From positions 190,902 through 254,901 of the forward strand of contig CAKPQH010000001.1 of assembly GCA_934178475.1 (NCBI GenBank): DNA of 64,000 nucleotides, given 5' to 3'. This DNA comes from an uncultured Clostridia bacterium. Lineage in GTDB: Bacteria; Bacillota; Clostridia; TANB77; CAG-508. The stretch's first letter is position 1, and each line of letters opens with the position of its first letter. Below, piece after piece: positions 8,576 to 19,450 of this stretch. The notes below the pieces were generated by a model. It ran no database searches, was not told the DNA's origin, and saw only the letters and a list, made by a program, of their open reading frames with translations. Both the position numbers and the translations under genes were made by a program.

Positions 8576-10174
8576 CTAATCAATTACATTAAAATTTAAA
8601 TTATTATTATTCATAAAATCTTCAAATTCACTACTTGAATTTTGTTCTACTTCATCTGAAGTATCTATATATTTTATCTGCATTTCTTTTCCACATGCCA
8701 AATGTATTGTATTTTTTAATTCCATTTTATTTTCTGGTCTTTCTAAAAATTCTTTTGCCATCTGATTCATTCCCTTTGGAAATTCAATTCCAATTGTCAT
8801 ATCATTTATTTCCTTGGCAACCGTTCCTGAAAGATTTATATACATAAACATCTTTCCTGCAGCTTTAAAATCATTTATTAACTTTGGCCAGTAATCTTGT
8901 GTTTTTCCTGTGTATCTTGGTTTTTTAGGTTCTGTTTTTATTTCTTGATTATTTACTTTGGTTGCTAAATTTTTTTGTGTTCTTCCAAAATTACCAGCTC
9001 GTAAAAAATTTTCGATTTTAGTCACTCTCTCTTCCAATTTAGAATTTCCTATATTATTTCCGCCATTATCACTTTTATTTGTAACTTCACTTCTTGCACA
9101 TAATTTAATTATCCCAGTTTCAAATATAATAATTTTTTGAGTTGAAAGTTTTACTTCATTTTCAATCTCAGATAACGTAGAAATTAAATATATTAACTCC
9201 TCCTTTGAAATTTTTTCTGATATTGCCTTTATATCTTGAATTTCTACTTCATTATACACTTCTGTTTTACCAGTACTTTTAAATAACAAAATATCTTTAA
9301 TATATTTTATTATCTCCCAAATTAGATTATTTAAGTCTTTTCCTTCATCTAAAACATTTTGTATAACTCCCAAAGTTTTTGAAACATCTTTGTCAACTAT
9401 TCCACTTGTAATATCTTTTATAAAAGTAATTTTTGGAATTCCAACTAAATCTCTTACCTTTTCCTCATCTATTTTATCACTACCATCTTGATTACATCTC
9501 TCTAATATTGATAAAGCATCTCTCATACCTCCCTCAGCAAGAACAGCAATTAATTTTAATGCTTCTTCTGTTATTTCAATATTACTTTCAGTAGTTACTA
9601 TTTTTAATCTTTTAATTATATCTTCATTTGAAATTCTTTTAAAATCAAACCTTTGACATCTTGACAAAATAGTTGCTGGTATTTTTTGTGGTTCCGTTGT
9701 AGCTAATATAAATTTAACGTGTTCTGGAGGCTCTTCTAATGTCTTTAATAATGCATTAAAAGCTCCTGTTGATAGCATATGAACCTCATCTATAATATAT
9801 ACTCTGTATTTAGCTTTTGTTGGTAGAAAATTAACAGCTTCTCTAATTTCTCTTACATCATCTACACTATTATTAGATGCCGCATCCATTTCTACGATAT
9901 CCGTAAGAGAACCATCAATAGCTTCTCTACAAATTTCACATTCATTACAAGGTTCTCCGTCTTTTGGAGACAAACAGTTTACAGCTCTTGCTAATATTTT
10001 AGCTGCAGATGTTTTTCCCGTCCCTCTTCCTCCTGTAAATAAATACGCATGTCCAACTCTATCTACCATAACTTGATTTTTTAATGTTTGCTTTATATGC
10101 TCTTGACCAACCATTTCTGAAAAAGTCGTTGGTCTAAATTTTCTATAAAGTGCTGTGTATGCCACATTTATCAC
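8576..10174 (-). CDS. dnaX: DNA polymerase III subunit gamma/tau
   Basis: Walker [10 protein letters not shown], zinc module CNECEIC and DEVHML box. The start is ambiguous: GTG at 10174, or the in-frame GTG at 10165 giving [12 protein letters not shown]. Confidence 0.95.
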   Translation of the reverse strand: MINVAYTALYRKFRPTTFSEMVGQEHIKQTLKNQVMVDRVGHAYLFTGGRGTGKTSAAKILARAVNCLSPKDGEPCNECEICREAIDGSLTDIVEMDAASNNSVDDVREIREAVNFLPTKAKYRVYIIDEVHMLSTGAFNALLKTLEEPPEHVKFILATTEPQKIPATILSRCQRFDFKRISNEDIIKRLKIVTTESNIEITEEALKLIAVLAEGGMRDALSILERCNQDGSDKIDEEKVRDLVGIPKITFIKDITSGIVDKDVSKTLGVIQNVLDEGKDLNNLIWEIIKYIKDILLFKSTGKTEVYNEVEIQDIKAISEKISKEELIYLISTLSEIENEVKLSTQKIIIFETGIIKLCARSEVTNKSDNGGNNIGNSKLEERVTKIENFLRAGNFGRTQKNLATKVNNQEIKTEPKKPRYTGKTQDYWPKLINDFKAAGKMFMYINLSGTVAKEINDMTIGIEFPKGMNQMAKEFLERPENKMELKNTIHLACGKEMQIKYIDTSDEVEQNSSSEFEDFMNNNNLNFNVID

Positions 10175-10189
10175 ATCCTATCCATAGAA

Positions 10190-10325
10190 AAAATGGTCTG
10201 AAACTAAATCCCTCTATGGAAAGCATCCACATAAAAGTATCTACTTATTGCTGCTTCCTTCCGGACCTGACAAGATTCATAGGCTCCTATTGGAAACTCT
10301 CCATACAAGAATTTAAGTTCATACC
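10190..10325 (-). ncRNA. ffs: signal recognition particle RNA (small type)
   Basis: The minus strand contains the universal domain IV motif GUCAGGUCCGGAAGGAAGCAGC within a long hairpin (UAUGGAGAG pairs with CUUUCCAUA) and ends in a U-run. Canonical position between tadA and dnaX. The ends are approximate. Confidence 0.8.
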
Positions 10326-10331
10326 ATTTGT

Positions 10332-10360
10332 ATTATACAATGTAAATAATATTTTGACAA
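10332..10360 (-). promoter_or_regulatory. sigma-A type promoter of the SRP RNA
   Basis: Minus strand TTGTCA, 17 nt spacer, TATAAT; about 7 nt upstream of the predicted RNA 5' end. Confidence 0.65.
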
Positions 10361-10380
10361 GTATTTTACATTAAGTTTTT

Positions 10381-11127
10381 TTATTTTTCTACCCTTTTAA
10401 AAACAATATCTTTCAAATCTGTAATATCACCTGATGTAGTCCCTTTTTCAACTATATCATTATATGGCAATTCTAATTCTATATTTGATGCTTTAAAAAC
10501 AACACCTGAATTTAAAGTTATAGTCATATCAAAAGATATTTTCATTTTTACTTCATTTTCAACAACTTTTATTTTTTTCAATAAAGAATTATATTCAATC
10601 TGCTCATCTTCATTGGAAATATATTCACCCAAACCATTATTAGAACATCTAAAAACAACTATTCCTCCTTGATTTGATATTTGCATATTTTTCATATCAG
10701 AATTTTTACTTCCAACATAATTTATATTTTCTATTTTATATTCATCTAAATTTTGAAATATTGATGTACTATTATTAGAAGGTTTATAGAAAACCACACT
10801 TCCTTTTACAGGTTTATTAATAATTTTAAAATTATCCATATACACATTATTTATTGTTTCTGTCTTTTTATAATTTTCATTTTTTTCTATATATACGTAA
10901 ATATCATTATTTTGATTAACATTTAAATCCCATTTAGCAGTAGAGTTTTCCACATTCTGTCCATCAACTGTTGAAATCACAGAAATTTTTTTAACATCAA
11001 ATGGCATATCAGTTTCTCCATCAACATCATACTTAAGTGCCATCATTAACGCAATAAATGCAATTATTATAACAATTCCAACAACCATTGATATATGAAA
11101 CGCTCTTTTACTAAATCTTTGTCTCAT
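10381..11127 (-). CDS. membrane-anchored hypothetical protein
   Basis: 248 aa with an N-terminal TM helix (VVGIVIIIAFIALMMAL). Overlaps the tadA stop by 17 nt, which suggests an operon. Confidence 0.6.
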   Translation of the reverse strand: MRQRFSKRAFHISMVVGIVIIIAFIALMMALKYDVDGETDMPFDVKKISVISTVDGQNVENSTAKWDLNVNQNNDIYVYIEKNENYKKTETINNVYMDNFKIINKPVKGSVVFYKPSNNSTSIFQNLDEYKIENINYVGSKNSDMKNMQISNQGGIVVFRCSNNGLGEYISNEDEQIEYNSLLKKIKVVENEVKMKISFDMTITLNSGVVFKASNIELELPYNDIVEKGTTSGDITDLKDIVFKRVEK

Positions 11128-11590
11128 TAGTTTTCTCCTTTTTTATTTTTCTTAATTCTTTAAAAAAATCTTTTAAAATCTTTTGACATTCATCTCCAAG
11201 TATTCCAACTTCAAAATTAACTTCATGATTAAACGTATAATCTCTAAATAAATTCAACTTAGAACCAACAGCTCCAGTTTTCTCATCCATTGCTCCAATA
11301 TAAACTTTTTTAATTCTAGAATTAATTATTGCCCCAGCACACATAGAACATGGCTCCAAAGTAACATACATTTCACAATCAATTAATCTCCATGACTTTA
11401 ATTCTTTACTTGCTTTCTGTATTGCCAAGATTTCTGCATGCTTTGTAGTATCATATTTAGTTTCCTTTTGATTATGTGCTCTTGCAATTATCTTTCCATC
11501 TTTAACAATTACAGCACCAACTGGTACTTCCAATTTTTTATATGCCTTTTTTGCTTCCTTTAAAGCTTCTTTCATAAATTCTTCTTGCAT
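11111..11590 (-). CDS. tadA: tRNA-specific adenosine deaminase TadA
   Basis: HAEILAI and PCSMCAGAI zinc-binding motifs. ATG at 11590 follows AGGAGAG. The longer ORF-track start would overlap the tRNA gene. Confidence 0.9.
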   Translation of the reverse strand: MQEEFMKEALKEAKKAYKKLEVPVGAVIVKDGKIIARAHNQKETKYDTTKHAEILAIQKASKELKSWRLIDCEMYVTLEPCSMCAGAIINSRIKKVYIGAMDEKTGAVGSKLNLFRDYTFNHEVNFEVGILGDECQKILKDFFKELRKIKKEKTNETKI

Positions 11591-11611
11591 AATCTCTCCT
11601 AAAACAAAAAA

Positions 11612-11687
<76 letters not shown>

Positions 11688-11850
11688 AAATCACTTTATA
11701 TTATACAAAAAAAGATTCAATTTGTCTAGCATTTTATAATTCTTTAACCATAAAAAGTATATATTTTAGCCAAAATATATACTTCTTATAATATTTTTTT
11801 TATCTTTGTTTAAAATAATTATAACATATTATAATAAAACAATCCTCAGA

Positions 11851-11994
11851 CTACAAATTTAAATCTTCTTTTTCTAATATTAATTTATTATCCTTTATTG
11901 AAAATACTAATTTATCCTTACTTTTTATATTTAGTCTTTCTCTTAATTCCTTTGGTATACATATTCTCCCTAATTCATCAACAAATCTTTGCAT
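11851..11994 (-). CDS. SpoVT/AbrB-domain small protein (47 aa)
   Basis: Not in the ORF track. GGAGGAATAT RBS. Translates MQRFVDELGRICIPKELRERLNIKSKDKLVFSIKDNKLILEKEDLNL; VDELGRIxIPKExR is the AbrB swapped-hairpin signature. Confidence 0.7.
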   Translation of the reverse strand: MQRFVDELGRICIPKELRERLNIKSKDKLVFSIKDNKLILEKEDLNL

Positions 11995-12131
11995 ATATTC
12001 CTCCTATTCTTTGTAAAAAAATATTAATTTTTTACAATTTTTGACAAAATTTGACATAAATGCGAGTCTCTCTCGTTATATTACCATATACTTTATTATA
12101 AAATCAAGTTATAAAAAAATGTGAGGTAGTT

Positions 12132-12371
12132 ATGAAAAAATATGAAAATAAAAGTAATGCTATATCTGATTTGATAAAAAACTATCGAATAAAAAAAGGT
12201 CTTTCCAAAGGCGAAGTATGCAGAAGATTACAATTGCATGCAGTTTATTTAGATATTACAGAACTAAATAGAATGGAAACTAATCGAATGATTGTCAAAG
12301 ATTTCGAGTTAATTGCATTATGCAAAGTACTAGAAATAGACTATCATGATTTGTTAGATACAATTCTATAA
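12132..12371 (+). CDS. XRE-family helix-turn-helix transcriptional regulator
   Basis: 79 aa. KNYRIKKGLSKGEVCRRLQL is a Cro/C1-type HTH. Divergent from the mini-AbrB gene. Confidence 0.7.
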   Translation: MKKYENKSNAISDLIKNYRIKKGLSKGEVCRRLQLHAVYLDITELNRMETNRMIVKDFELIALCKVLEIDYHDLLDTIL

Positions 12372-12445
12372 TTATTCATATTTATTATTGTTATTTTTTT
12401 ATCTCTTTTTCTTTTATAATAACAATACCTCCATTTTTTTCTTAA

Positions 12446-12473
12446 AAAATAGAACCCTTCCAGGTTCTATTTT
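12446..12473. terminator. bidirectional hairpin terminator
   Basis: AAAATAGAACC-cttcca-GGTTCTATTTT between the convergent HTH gene and the phosphosugar mutase gene. Confidence 0.7.
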
Positions 12474-12474
12474 A

Positions 12475-14202
12475 TTATTTTACAATATTTTTAATTGAAT
12501 TTTTTAAATTCTCTAAATCTTTTTCTGCATCTTTCATTGAATCAGATTTTACACCTACATATAATTTAATTTTTGGTTCTGTTCCAGAAGGTCTTACACA
12601 ACACCATGAATTTTTATCTAATCTATAATATAAAACATTAGATTTTGGTAAACCTGTTGATTTAACTTCTCCACTTATCATATCTTTATCAATGTCCAAA
12701 AGCATATCTTTGAATTCTAATACTTTGTATGGACCTATATTTTGAGGTAAATTATTTCTTAAGTTTTCCATCATATGCTTCATTTTTTCAGCACCTGATG
12801 CACCTTCTAATTCAACAGATATTTGACCCTCTTTATAATATCCATACTCTTCATAAATACTAATCATTTGATCCCATAATGTTTTTCCCTGTAATTTATA
12901 ATATGTTGCAGCTTCACATAAACTCATTACTGCGGCTATACCATCTTTATCCCTAGCATAATCTCCAATTAAGCATCCATAACTTTCTTCAAATCCAAAT
13001 ATATATTTCTTTCCATTTTGTTTCTGTTCTTCAATTTTTATTTGTTCACCAATATATTTAAATCCAACTAAAAGCGCTCTATATTCTAAACCATATTTTT
13101 TTGCAATTGCTTCGCCTAAAACAGAAGATACAATTGTAGAAACTATCATTCCGTTTTGTGGTAAAATTCCTTTTTCTTTCATTTGTGACACTCTATATTC
13201 TGCAATTAATAACCCTGACATATTTCCTGTAAAGTCCATATATTCTCCAGTTTTAACATCTTTAGCATAAATACCAAGTCTATCTGCATCAGGGTCAGTA
13301 GCTAAAACAATATCAGCATCAACTTCTTTTGCTAAATCTAATGCCATTTTAAAGGCATCTTTTGATTCAGGATTTGGATAATCTACTGTTGGAAAATTTC
13401 CATCTGGTTTCTCTTGTTCCTCAACAATATACACATTTTCGAATCCAATTTCTTTTAAAATTCTTTGTACCATTTCATTTCCTGATCCATGAAGTGGAGT
13501 ATAAACTATTTTTAAATCTTTGCCTGCATTCTTAATACATTCTGGATTCAAAACGTAACTTTTTAATACACTTATATATTTATCATCAATTTCTTTTCCA
13601 ATAATGTGAAGAAGTCCTTTTTCTATTGCCTCACTCTCATTCATTTCTTTTATATCTGCATAGCTTTCAATACTTTTTACTTCATCCATTATTCCCTTAT
13701 CAACCGGTGATACTATTTGTGCACCATCATCCCAATAAACCTTATATCCATTATATTTAGCTTTATTGTGACTTGCTGTAATCATAACTCCAGCTGCACA
13801 TCCAAGTTCCCTTACAGCAAATGAAAGCTCTGGAACAGCTCTTAAATGGTCAAATAAATATGCTTTTACACCATTTGCATTTAATATAAGAGCTGTTTGC
13901 TTTGCAAATTCTGGCGACATATTTCTTGAATCAAAACTAATTGCTACTCCATCTGATTGTCTTCCGCATTTTATTATATAATTAGCTAAACCTTGCGTTG
14001 CTTTTCCAACTGTATATTTATTCATTCTATTAGTTCCTGCACCTATTACTCCCCTAAGTCCTGCTGTTCCAAACTCTAAATCTTTATAAAATCTATCTTC
14101 TATTTCTTCTTCATTTTCTTTTATATCTAATAATTCTTTTTTTGTTACTGCATCAAATATATCATTTGAGCACCATTCTTCATATTTTTCCTTATAATTC
14201 AT
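12475..14202 (-). CDS. phosphoglucomutase / phospho-sugar mutase (alpha-D-phosphohexomutase family)
   Basis: 575 aa with active-site loop TASHNKAKYNGYK, metal loop DPDADR and sugar loop GFEESYG. Confidence 0.9.
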   Translation of the reverse strand: MNYKEKYEEWCSNDIFDAVTKKELLDIKENEEEIEDRFYKDLEFGTAGLRGVIGAGTNRMNKYTVGKATQGLANYIIKCGRQSDGVAISFDSRNMSPEFAKQTALILNANGVKAYLFDHLRAVPELSFAVRELGCAAGVMITASHNKAKYNGYKVYWDDGAQIVSPVDKGIMDEVKSIESYADIKEMNESEAIEKGLLHIIGKEIDDKYISVLKSYVLNPECIKNAGKDLKIVYTPLHGSGNEMVQRILKEIGFENVYIVEEQEKPDGNFPTVDYPNPESKDAFKMALDLAKEVDADIVLATDPDADRLGIYAKDVKTGEYMDFTGNMSGLLIAEYRVSQMKEKGILPQNGMIVSTIVSSVLGEAIAKKYGLEYRALLVGFKYIGEQIKIEEQKQNGKKYIFGFEESYGCLIGDYARDKDGIAAVMSLCEAATYYKLQGKTLWDQMISIYEEYGYYKEGQISVELEGASGAEKMKHMMENLRNNLPQNIGPYKVLEFKDMLLDIDKDMISGEVKSTGLPKSNVLYYRLDKNSWCCVRPSGTEPKIKLYVGVKSDSMKDAEKDLENLKNSIKNIVK

Positions 14203-14284
14203 ATTATTATCTTCCTTTCTTATATAAAAAATTTATTTAATATTAAAAAGGCACAATTATTTTCATAATCGTACCTTATTAATT

Positions 14285-15523
14285 TTATAGTTTGTAGAAA
14301 TCATTATATAATTTTCTTGCTGTTTCTGGGCTATCCGTTCCTTCTGCGTTTTTAACAGGTGCGAATTCTTCTTCCCTTTTTACTCTAAGTACTGCCATAT
14401 CATCTAATTCACCAAAAGCATCAAATAAAAATGCTTCAAATTTATATGCATTTGGTGATGTTGGTACAACTTTATTTCCATCTTTATCTATATATGTAGC
14501 TTTTTTAAATGCTATATGGTATGGAAGTGGATCACTTCCCATTCTCTCAACTGCATCTATATTAAATAAATTACATAATATATGAGATTCTCCATATAAA
14601 AGTTCACCGTTTTTATCAGCAGCTTCAGCCATATCATCTGTTATTTCAGAATATTCTATAACATTTGGTCTTCCATTCTTTTTACAAAAAGCTCCAACTT
14701 TTTCATGAGGGTTAGCTTTTACCACAGATTTTGCTGCTAAAGAAACTTTTTTATCAATAGCTATTCCCATAAGTACAGGGTCAACCATTTTTACTAAACA
14801 ATTATCTACCCCACCTATAAATATCCATTCAATGCCTAATTCTCTCATCCTCTTAATCATGCCGCTTTTTACTAAAGATTCATACACTCCACCATGACCA
14901 TCAGCAGCTTCTTTTATAAATCCATTTTCACCAACAAGAATTTTTCCTTCTGTATCAATCATTGGTAACTGTCCTTGGATAAAGAAATAAATATTTTTTT
15001 CATAACCAAAATATTTATTTTCTTTAAAGAATTCTATTGTTTGTTTATTATTTTCTTTACTAGTCATAATAAACCAAGGAATATTAACTCCATATTTTTT
15101 ACTTGCTTGTTTTAACGGATCACATAACAATTCAAATAACGATTTATGAGAATCAAGACCAATGTCATAAGTACCTTTTGGTCCATTATGCCCAAGTCTA
15201 GTTCCTTGTCCTCCTGCCATAGTTACGGCTGCTAGTTTTCCCGCTCTTATAGCTTTTTCACCAATATCTTCATAATACTTATAATCTCCGCTTAATTTTG
15301 ATTTATCCATAAAATCTATTGGTTCAATCTTTACATTTTCTTTAATTCCTACATCTTTTTTAGTATTTTTATATAAACTGTCTATTAATTCAAAATCAAT
15401 CCCTTTTAATTGTTCTAAAAACAATTCTTTATCTTTTCCTTCTAAAGCTTCATAGAAACTTTCCAAATGCTCTTGTCCATACTTTTTCAGTTTCTTTTTA
15501 ATTTCTTCATATTCTTTTTCCAT
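14285..15523 (-). CDS. UDP-sugar pyrophosphorylase (UDPGP family, UDP-N-acetylhexosamine/UTP-hexose-1-P uridylyltransferase-like)
   Basis: MAGGQGTRLG nucleotide-binding loop. The second ATG (15523) has a well-spaced GGAGGAA RBS. Confidence 0.8.
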   Translation of the reverse strand: MEKEYEEIKKKLKKYGQEHLESFYEALEGKDKELFLEQLKGIDFELIDSLYKNTKKDVGIKENVKIEPIDFMDKSKLSGDYKYYEDIGEKAIRAGKLAAVTMAGGQGTRLGHNGPKGTYDIGLDSHKSLFELLCDPLKQASKKYGVNIPWFIMTSKENNKQTIEFFKENKYFGYEKNIYFFIQGQLPMIDTEGKILVGENGFIKEAADGHGGVYESLVKSGMIKRMRELGIEWIFIGGVDNCLVKMVDPVLMGIAIDKKVSLAAKSVVKANPHEKVGAFCKKNGRPNVIEYSEITDDMAEAADKNGELLYGESHILCNLFNIDAVERMGSDPLPYHIAFKKATYIDKDGNKVVPTSPNAYKFEAFLFDAFGELDDMAVLRVKREEEFAPVKNAEGTDSPETARKLYNDFYKL

Positions 15524-15617
15524 ATAACATTCCTCCATTTTATGTCTAAAATTTTTACTTAGAATATTATTATACTACACTATTTATATAAAATTTTCAA
15601 TACTTTTTTTGTTTTTT

Positions 15618-16070
15618 TTATTCGTTTATTGTATTCATATTTAATATAGAATCGTAATTTTCCGAAACACTTTTTATATTCTTATTGATTTTAGAAATAT
15701 CAAAACAATCTATAATATTAATATTTTTATATCCCTCAATCGCATCTTTTATATATTTGTTATAATCTTCATCTCCATTTATAAATACTGTTAATTTTTT
15801 ATTTCTGTTCAAATAACTTTTCATTTCTAATACTTTTTCAAGATAATTATCTGTCCAATCTAAATTAATTATTTTTTCTTTATCTTTTTTATCTAAATTT
15901 GTTCTTTCTAATAAAACTTCAACTGTATCTTTTAAATTTTTTTGTGTTAAAATAACAAAATTCATTTTATCCATTCTTTGTTTTATATAAGGTAATAATA
16001 TCATCTCTAAATGAAACTCACTTGCATAAAAGCAACAACTCTTTATACCGCTGTGTTCTTTTGTAATCAT
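15618..16070 (-). CDS. hypothetical protein
   Basis: 150-aa ORF with no motif I can name; coding-like composition. Confidence 0.5.
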   Translation of the reverse strand: MITKEHSGIKSCCFYASEFHLEMILLPYIKQRMDKMNFVILTQKNLKDTVEVLLERTNLDKKDKEKIINLDWTDNYLEKVLEMKSYLNRNKKLTVFINGDEDYNKYIKDAIEGYKNINIIDCFDISKINKNIKSVSENYDSILNMNTINE

Positions 16071-16269
16071 GGTATTTCATCATCCTTTCGATTTCGTTTA
16101 CTGGTAAATTTTACCATTTTTATTTTTGTATGTCAATAATATTTTATATAAAATTCATATATTATTTTCGACAAACATAATTCAAATCATAACAAAATTG
16201 TATAAATTTTCAAAGATTTGTTAATAATTAAATTAAAGAATTATTTTACCAAAAAAATGGAGGAATTTT

Positions 16270-16938
16270 ATGAAAATTTTTTTTAATTTTATACAAAATA
16301 AAAAAGTAAAATGTACCATTATTTTAATATTTTTATTTTTATTATATATATTCATTAATGCTTATTCTTATGTAAATGCTATATCAAATAATTTATCTGA
16401 CAATGTATTTAGACTTCATGTAATTGCCAACAGTGACTCTGTTGAAGACCAAAATTTGAAATATATTGTACGTGACAAATTAATATCTTATATGAATAAT
16501 TTATGTTCTAATTGTACTAATAAAGAAGAAGCTATTAAAATTGTTAATAATAATATATCTTCATTTCAAGAAATAGCAAAAAACACAATGCTAGAAAATG
16601 GTTATAATTATAATGTCACAGTAGAAGTTGGTAACTTTAAATTTCCCACAAAAACTTACGGAGATATAAGTTTTCCTGCTGGATATTATGATGCTTTAAA
16701 AGTAAAAATTGGTACTGCTAAAGGTCAAAATTGGTGGTGTGTAATGTTTCCTCCTCTATGTTTTATCGACGTAACATCTGGAGTTGTTCCAGATTCTTCT
16801 AAAAAACAACTACAAAATAACTTATCATCTGAAGAATACTCACTAGTATCAAGTTCAACAAATTCTTCGTATAACATAAAATTTAAATTAATCGAATTCT
16901 TCGAACAAAATGGCTTAATTACAGCTCAAAACAAATAA
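16270..16938 (+). CDS. spoIIR: stage II sporulation protein R
   Basis: Signal/TM helix followed by FRLHVIANSDSVEDQNLKYIVRDKL and NWWCVMFPPLCF, both SpoIIR hallmarks. Confidence 0.85.
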   Translation: MKIFFNFIQNKKVKCTIILIFLFLLYIFINAYSYVNAISNNLSDNVFRLHVIANSDSVEDQNLKYIVRDKLISYMNNLCSNCTNKEEAIKIVNNNISSFQEIAKNTMLENGYNYNVTVEVGNFKFPTKTYGDISFPAGYYDALKVKIGTAKGQNWWCVMFPPLCFIDVTSGVVPDSSKKQLQNNLSSEEYSLVSSSTNSSYNIKFKLIEFFEQNGLITAQNK

Positions 16939-17034
16939 ATTATTTAAAAAAGTTGTAAATTATAAAGTTTTATGGTATAGTAGCAATGTAAAAATAATTA
17001 TAATTTTATAATACAAAACATTGGAGGTAACAAA

Positions 17035-18294
17035 TTGGAAAAACTAGTCATAACAGGAGGAACATCTTTAAAAGGTGAAGTAACTATAAGTGGTGCAAAA
17101 AATGCTGCAGTAGCTATATTACCTGCTACCTTATTAATAAATGGTACATGTACAATAAATAATCTTCCAAATATAAGCGATGTAAAAATATATTGTGAAA
17201 TACTTGAAAAACTTGGAACTAAAATAACATGGAATAATAATAATGAAATAACTATAGATACACGTAATATTTCAACAACAGAAGCTCCTTTGGACCTTAC
17301 AAGCAAATTCAGAGCATCTTATTATATTCTTGGAGCATTACTTGGTAGAAAAAAATCTGCAACTGTAGGGATGCCTGGTGGTTGTAAATTAGGTCCAAGA
17401 CCAATGGATCAACATATAAAAGGTTTCGAACTATTAGGTGCAACTGTAGATGTAGGAGAAGGTAAAATATCAGCTAAAGCTAAAAAATTAAAGGGAACTT
17501 CTATTTATATAGATATAACTTCTGTTGGTGCAACAATTAATATTATGCTTGCATCAGTTTTAGCTGAAGGTACAACTATCATAGACAATGCGGCTAAAGA
17601 ACCACATATAGTTGATGTTGCAAACTTTCTAAATACAATGGGAGCTGATATTAGAGGAGCAGGAACAGACACTATAAAAATAAATGGTGTTAAAGAATTA
17701 AAAGGTAATGCTACATATTCAATTGTTCCTGATCAAATAGAAGCTGGAACATTTATGGCTGCCGCTGTAGCAACAAAAGGCGATATATTACTAAAAAATT
17801 GTATAACAAAACATTTGGAATCCATCACTGCTAAAATACTAGAAATGGGAGCAACCGTAGAAGATTGCGGAGATTCAATTAGAGTTATTTGTAACAAAAG
17901 ACCATCTAAAGCTAATATTAAAACTCTTCCTTACCCAGGTTTTCCTACAGACATGCAATCTCAATTAGGAGTTGCATTATCTATAGCAAATGGTATAAGT
18001 AGAATTGACGAAAGTATATGGGAATCTCGTTTTCAATATACAGAAGAATTAAATAAAATGGGAGCTAAAATTACAGCTCAAAACAAAACAGCATTCTTCG
18101 AAGGTGTAAAAGAACTTAAAGGTGCACCCGTATATGCTTCAGATTTACGTGCTGGTGCAGCATTAATAATAGCTGGTATTGTTGCTAAAGGTACCACTGA
18201 AATATACAATGTTGAATATATTGATAGAGGATATGAAAACATTGAAGAAAAATTTAAATCACTTGGAGCAAAAATAAAAAGAGTTAATGAATAA
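17035..18294 (+). CDS. murA: UDP-N-acetylglucosamine 1-carboxyvinyltransferase
   Basis: 419 aa with a TTG start after GGAGG. SGAKNAAV, catalytic-loop GGCKLGPRPMDQH and YPGFPTDMQ motifs. Confidence 0.95.
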   Translation: MEKLVITGGTSLKGEVTISGAKNAAVAILPATLLINGTCTINNLPNISDVKIYCEILEKLGTKITWNNNNEITIDTRNISTTEAPLDLTSKFRASYYILGALLGRKKSATVGMPGGCKLGPRPMDQHIKGFELLGATVDVGEGKISAKAKKLKGTSIYIDITSVGATINIMLASVLAEGTTIIDNAAKEPHIVDVANFLNTMGADIRGAGTDTIKINGVKELKGNATYSIVPDQIEAGTFMAAAVATKGDILLKNCITKHLESITAKILEMGATVEDCGDSIRVICNKRPSKANIKTLPYPGFPTDMQSQLGVALSIANGISRIDESIWESRFQYTEELNKMGAKITAQNKTAFFEGVKELKGAPVYASDLRAGAALIIAGIVAKGTTEIYNVEYIDRGYENIEEKFKSLGAKIKRVNE

Positions 18295-18316
18295 AATAAT
18301 AGATAAGGATAAAACA

Positions 18317-19105
18317 ATGTTAAATTTTTGTAGTTTATATAGTGGTAGTAGTGGAAATTGTTATTTTATTGAATCTGAAAATACTAAACTACTTATTGAC
18401 GCTGGTGTTAGTCTAAAAAAAATTGAAGAAGGTTTAAATTCTATTAACATTTTACCTTCTTCTTTAAATGGTATTTTAGTAACACATGAACATTCAGACC
18501 ATATTCAAAGTTTAGGTAATCTTTCTAAAAAATTTAATCTACCTGTTTATGCAAATAAAGAAACTTTTTCTGCTATGCCAAAACAAACAGATAAAATATT
18601 AGAAAAAAATATTAAATACATAAATATTGATCAAACTTTCAATATAAATGATATAAATATAAAACCATTTTCTATTCCTCATGATGCAGCTAACCCATGT
18701 GGTTTTACATTTGAACATAACAGCAAAAAAATTTGTACAGCAACAGATATAGGTCATATGACTCAAGATATTTTAAAAAATTTAGAAGGCTCATCTTTTG
18801 TTCTTTTAGAATCAAATTATGACCCAGAAGTACTAAAATGTTCTAAATATCCATACTTATTAAAAACTCGAATAGCTGGCCCTAATGGTCATCTTTCTAA
18901 TAGTATGGCAGGAAAAACAATAAATTACTTAATAAATAATGGCTTAAGTTATGCCATGCTCGGACATCTAAGTAAAGAAAGTAATTTTCCAGAACTAGCA
19001 TACCAAACTGTTGTTGATGAAATAATCTCTAATAATACAGATTTATCTAAAATACAATTATCTGTTGCTAACAGAAATAATATTAGTAAAATAATTAACA
19101 TATAA
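18317..19105 (+). CDS. MBL-fold metallo-hydrolase (YycJ/WalJ-like)
   Basis: HEHSDH metal motif. ATG at 18317 follows AAGGA. The ORF-track start at 18287 overlaps the murA end and lacks an RBS. Confidence 0.8.
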   Translation: MLNFCSLYSGSSGNCYFIESENTKLLIDAGVSLKKIEEGLNSINILPSSLNGILVTHEHSDHIQSLGNLSKKFNLPVYANKETFSAMPKQTDKILEKNIKYINIDQTFNINDINIKPFSIPHDAANPCGFTFEHNSKKICTATDIGHMTQDILKNLEGSSFVLLESNYDPEVLKCSKYPYLLKTRIAGPNGHLSNSMAGKTINYLINNGLSYAMLGHLSKESNFPELAYQTVVDEIISNNTDLSKIQLSVANRNNISKIINI

Positions 19106-19120
19106 TTTTATTATATATAA

Positions 19121-19247
19121 TTGTAGAGAAAATAATATTATTGATGAAAAATAGTATAAATGCAACATTCCATTTATAAGGGCCTTTCGAATTTTCACAA
19201 AATATTAGTTTAGGGGAAATTATTTAGATATATTATTTTCTCTACAA
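19121..19247. repeat. 127-bp element bounded by a perfect 18-bp inverted repeat
   Basis: TTGTAGAGAAAATAATAT (19121-19138) and ATATTATTTTCTCTACAA (19230-19247) flank a 91-nt core containing the only G/C-rich patches of this spacer (AAGGGCCTTTCGAA, TAGGGGAAA). Confidence 0.6.
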
Positions 19248-19450
19248 GATTAAAATCTTTTTTCTTTTTTTATTTCTTTGATAATTTTTTTCGATAAAAT
19301 TTCTATTATAATTTCTCTTATAATAAAAAAAATTGAAATAAATAAACATATTTTTAAAATCATAAAAAATCCTTGAATTAAAAATTTTATTTCAACAAAA
19401 TGTTGATGACATTATACTACAACAAAAAATTTAATTTGTCAAGAAAAACT

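Noticed and set aside
10150-10374. 74-aa plus-strand ORF between dnaX and the 248-aa gene
   Set aside because: It lies antisense over the SRP RNA gene, whose conserved GUCAGGUCCGGAAGGAAGCAGC motif and own promoter are present. The RNA explains this locus.
16998-17306. 102-aa minus-strand ORF overlapping the murA 5' end
   Set aside because: It is antisense to murA, which has strong motif support, and it has no RBS.
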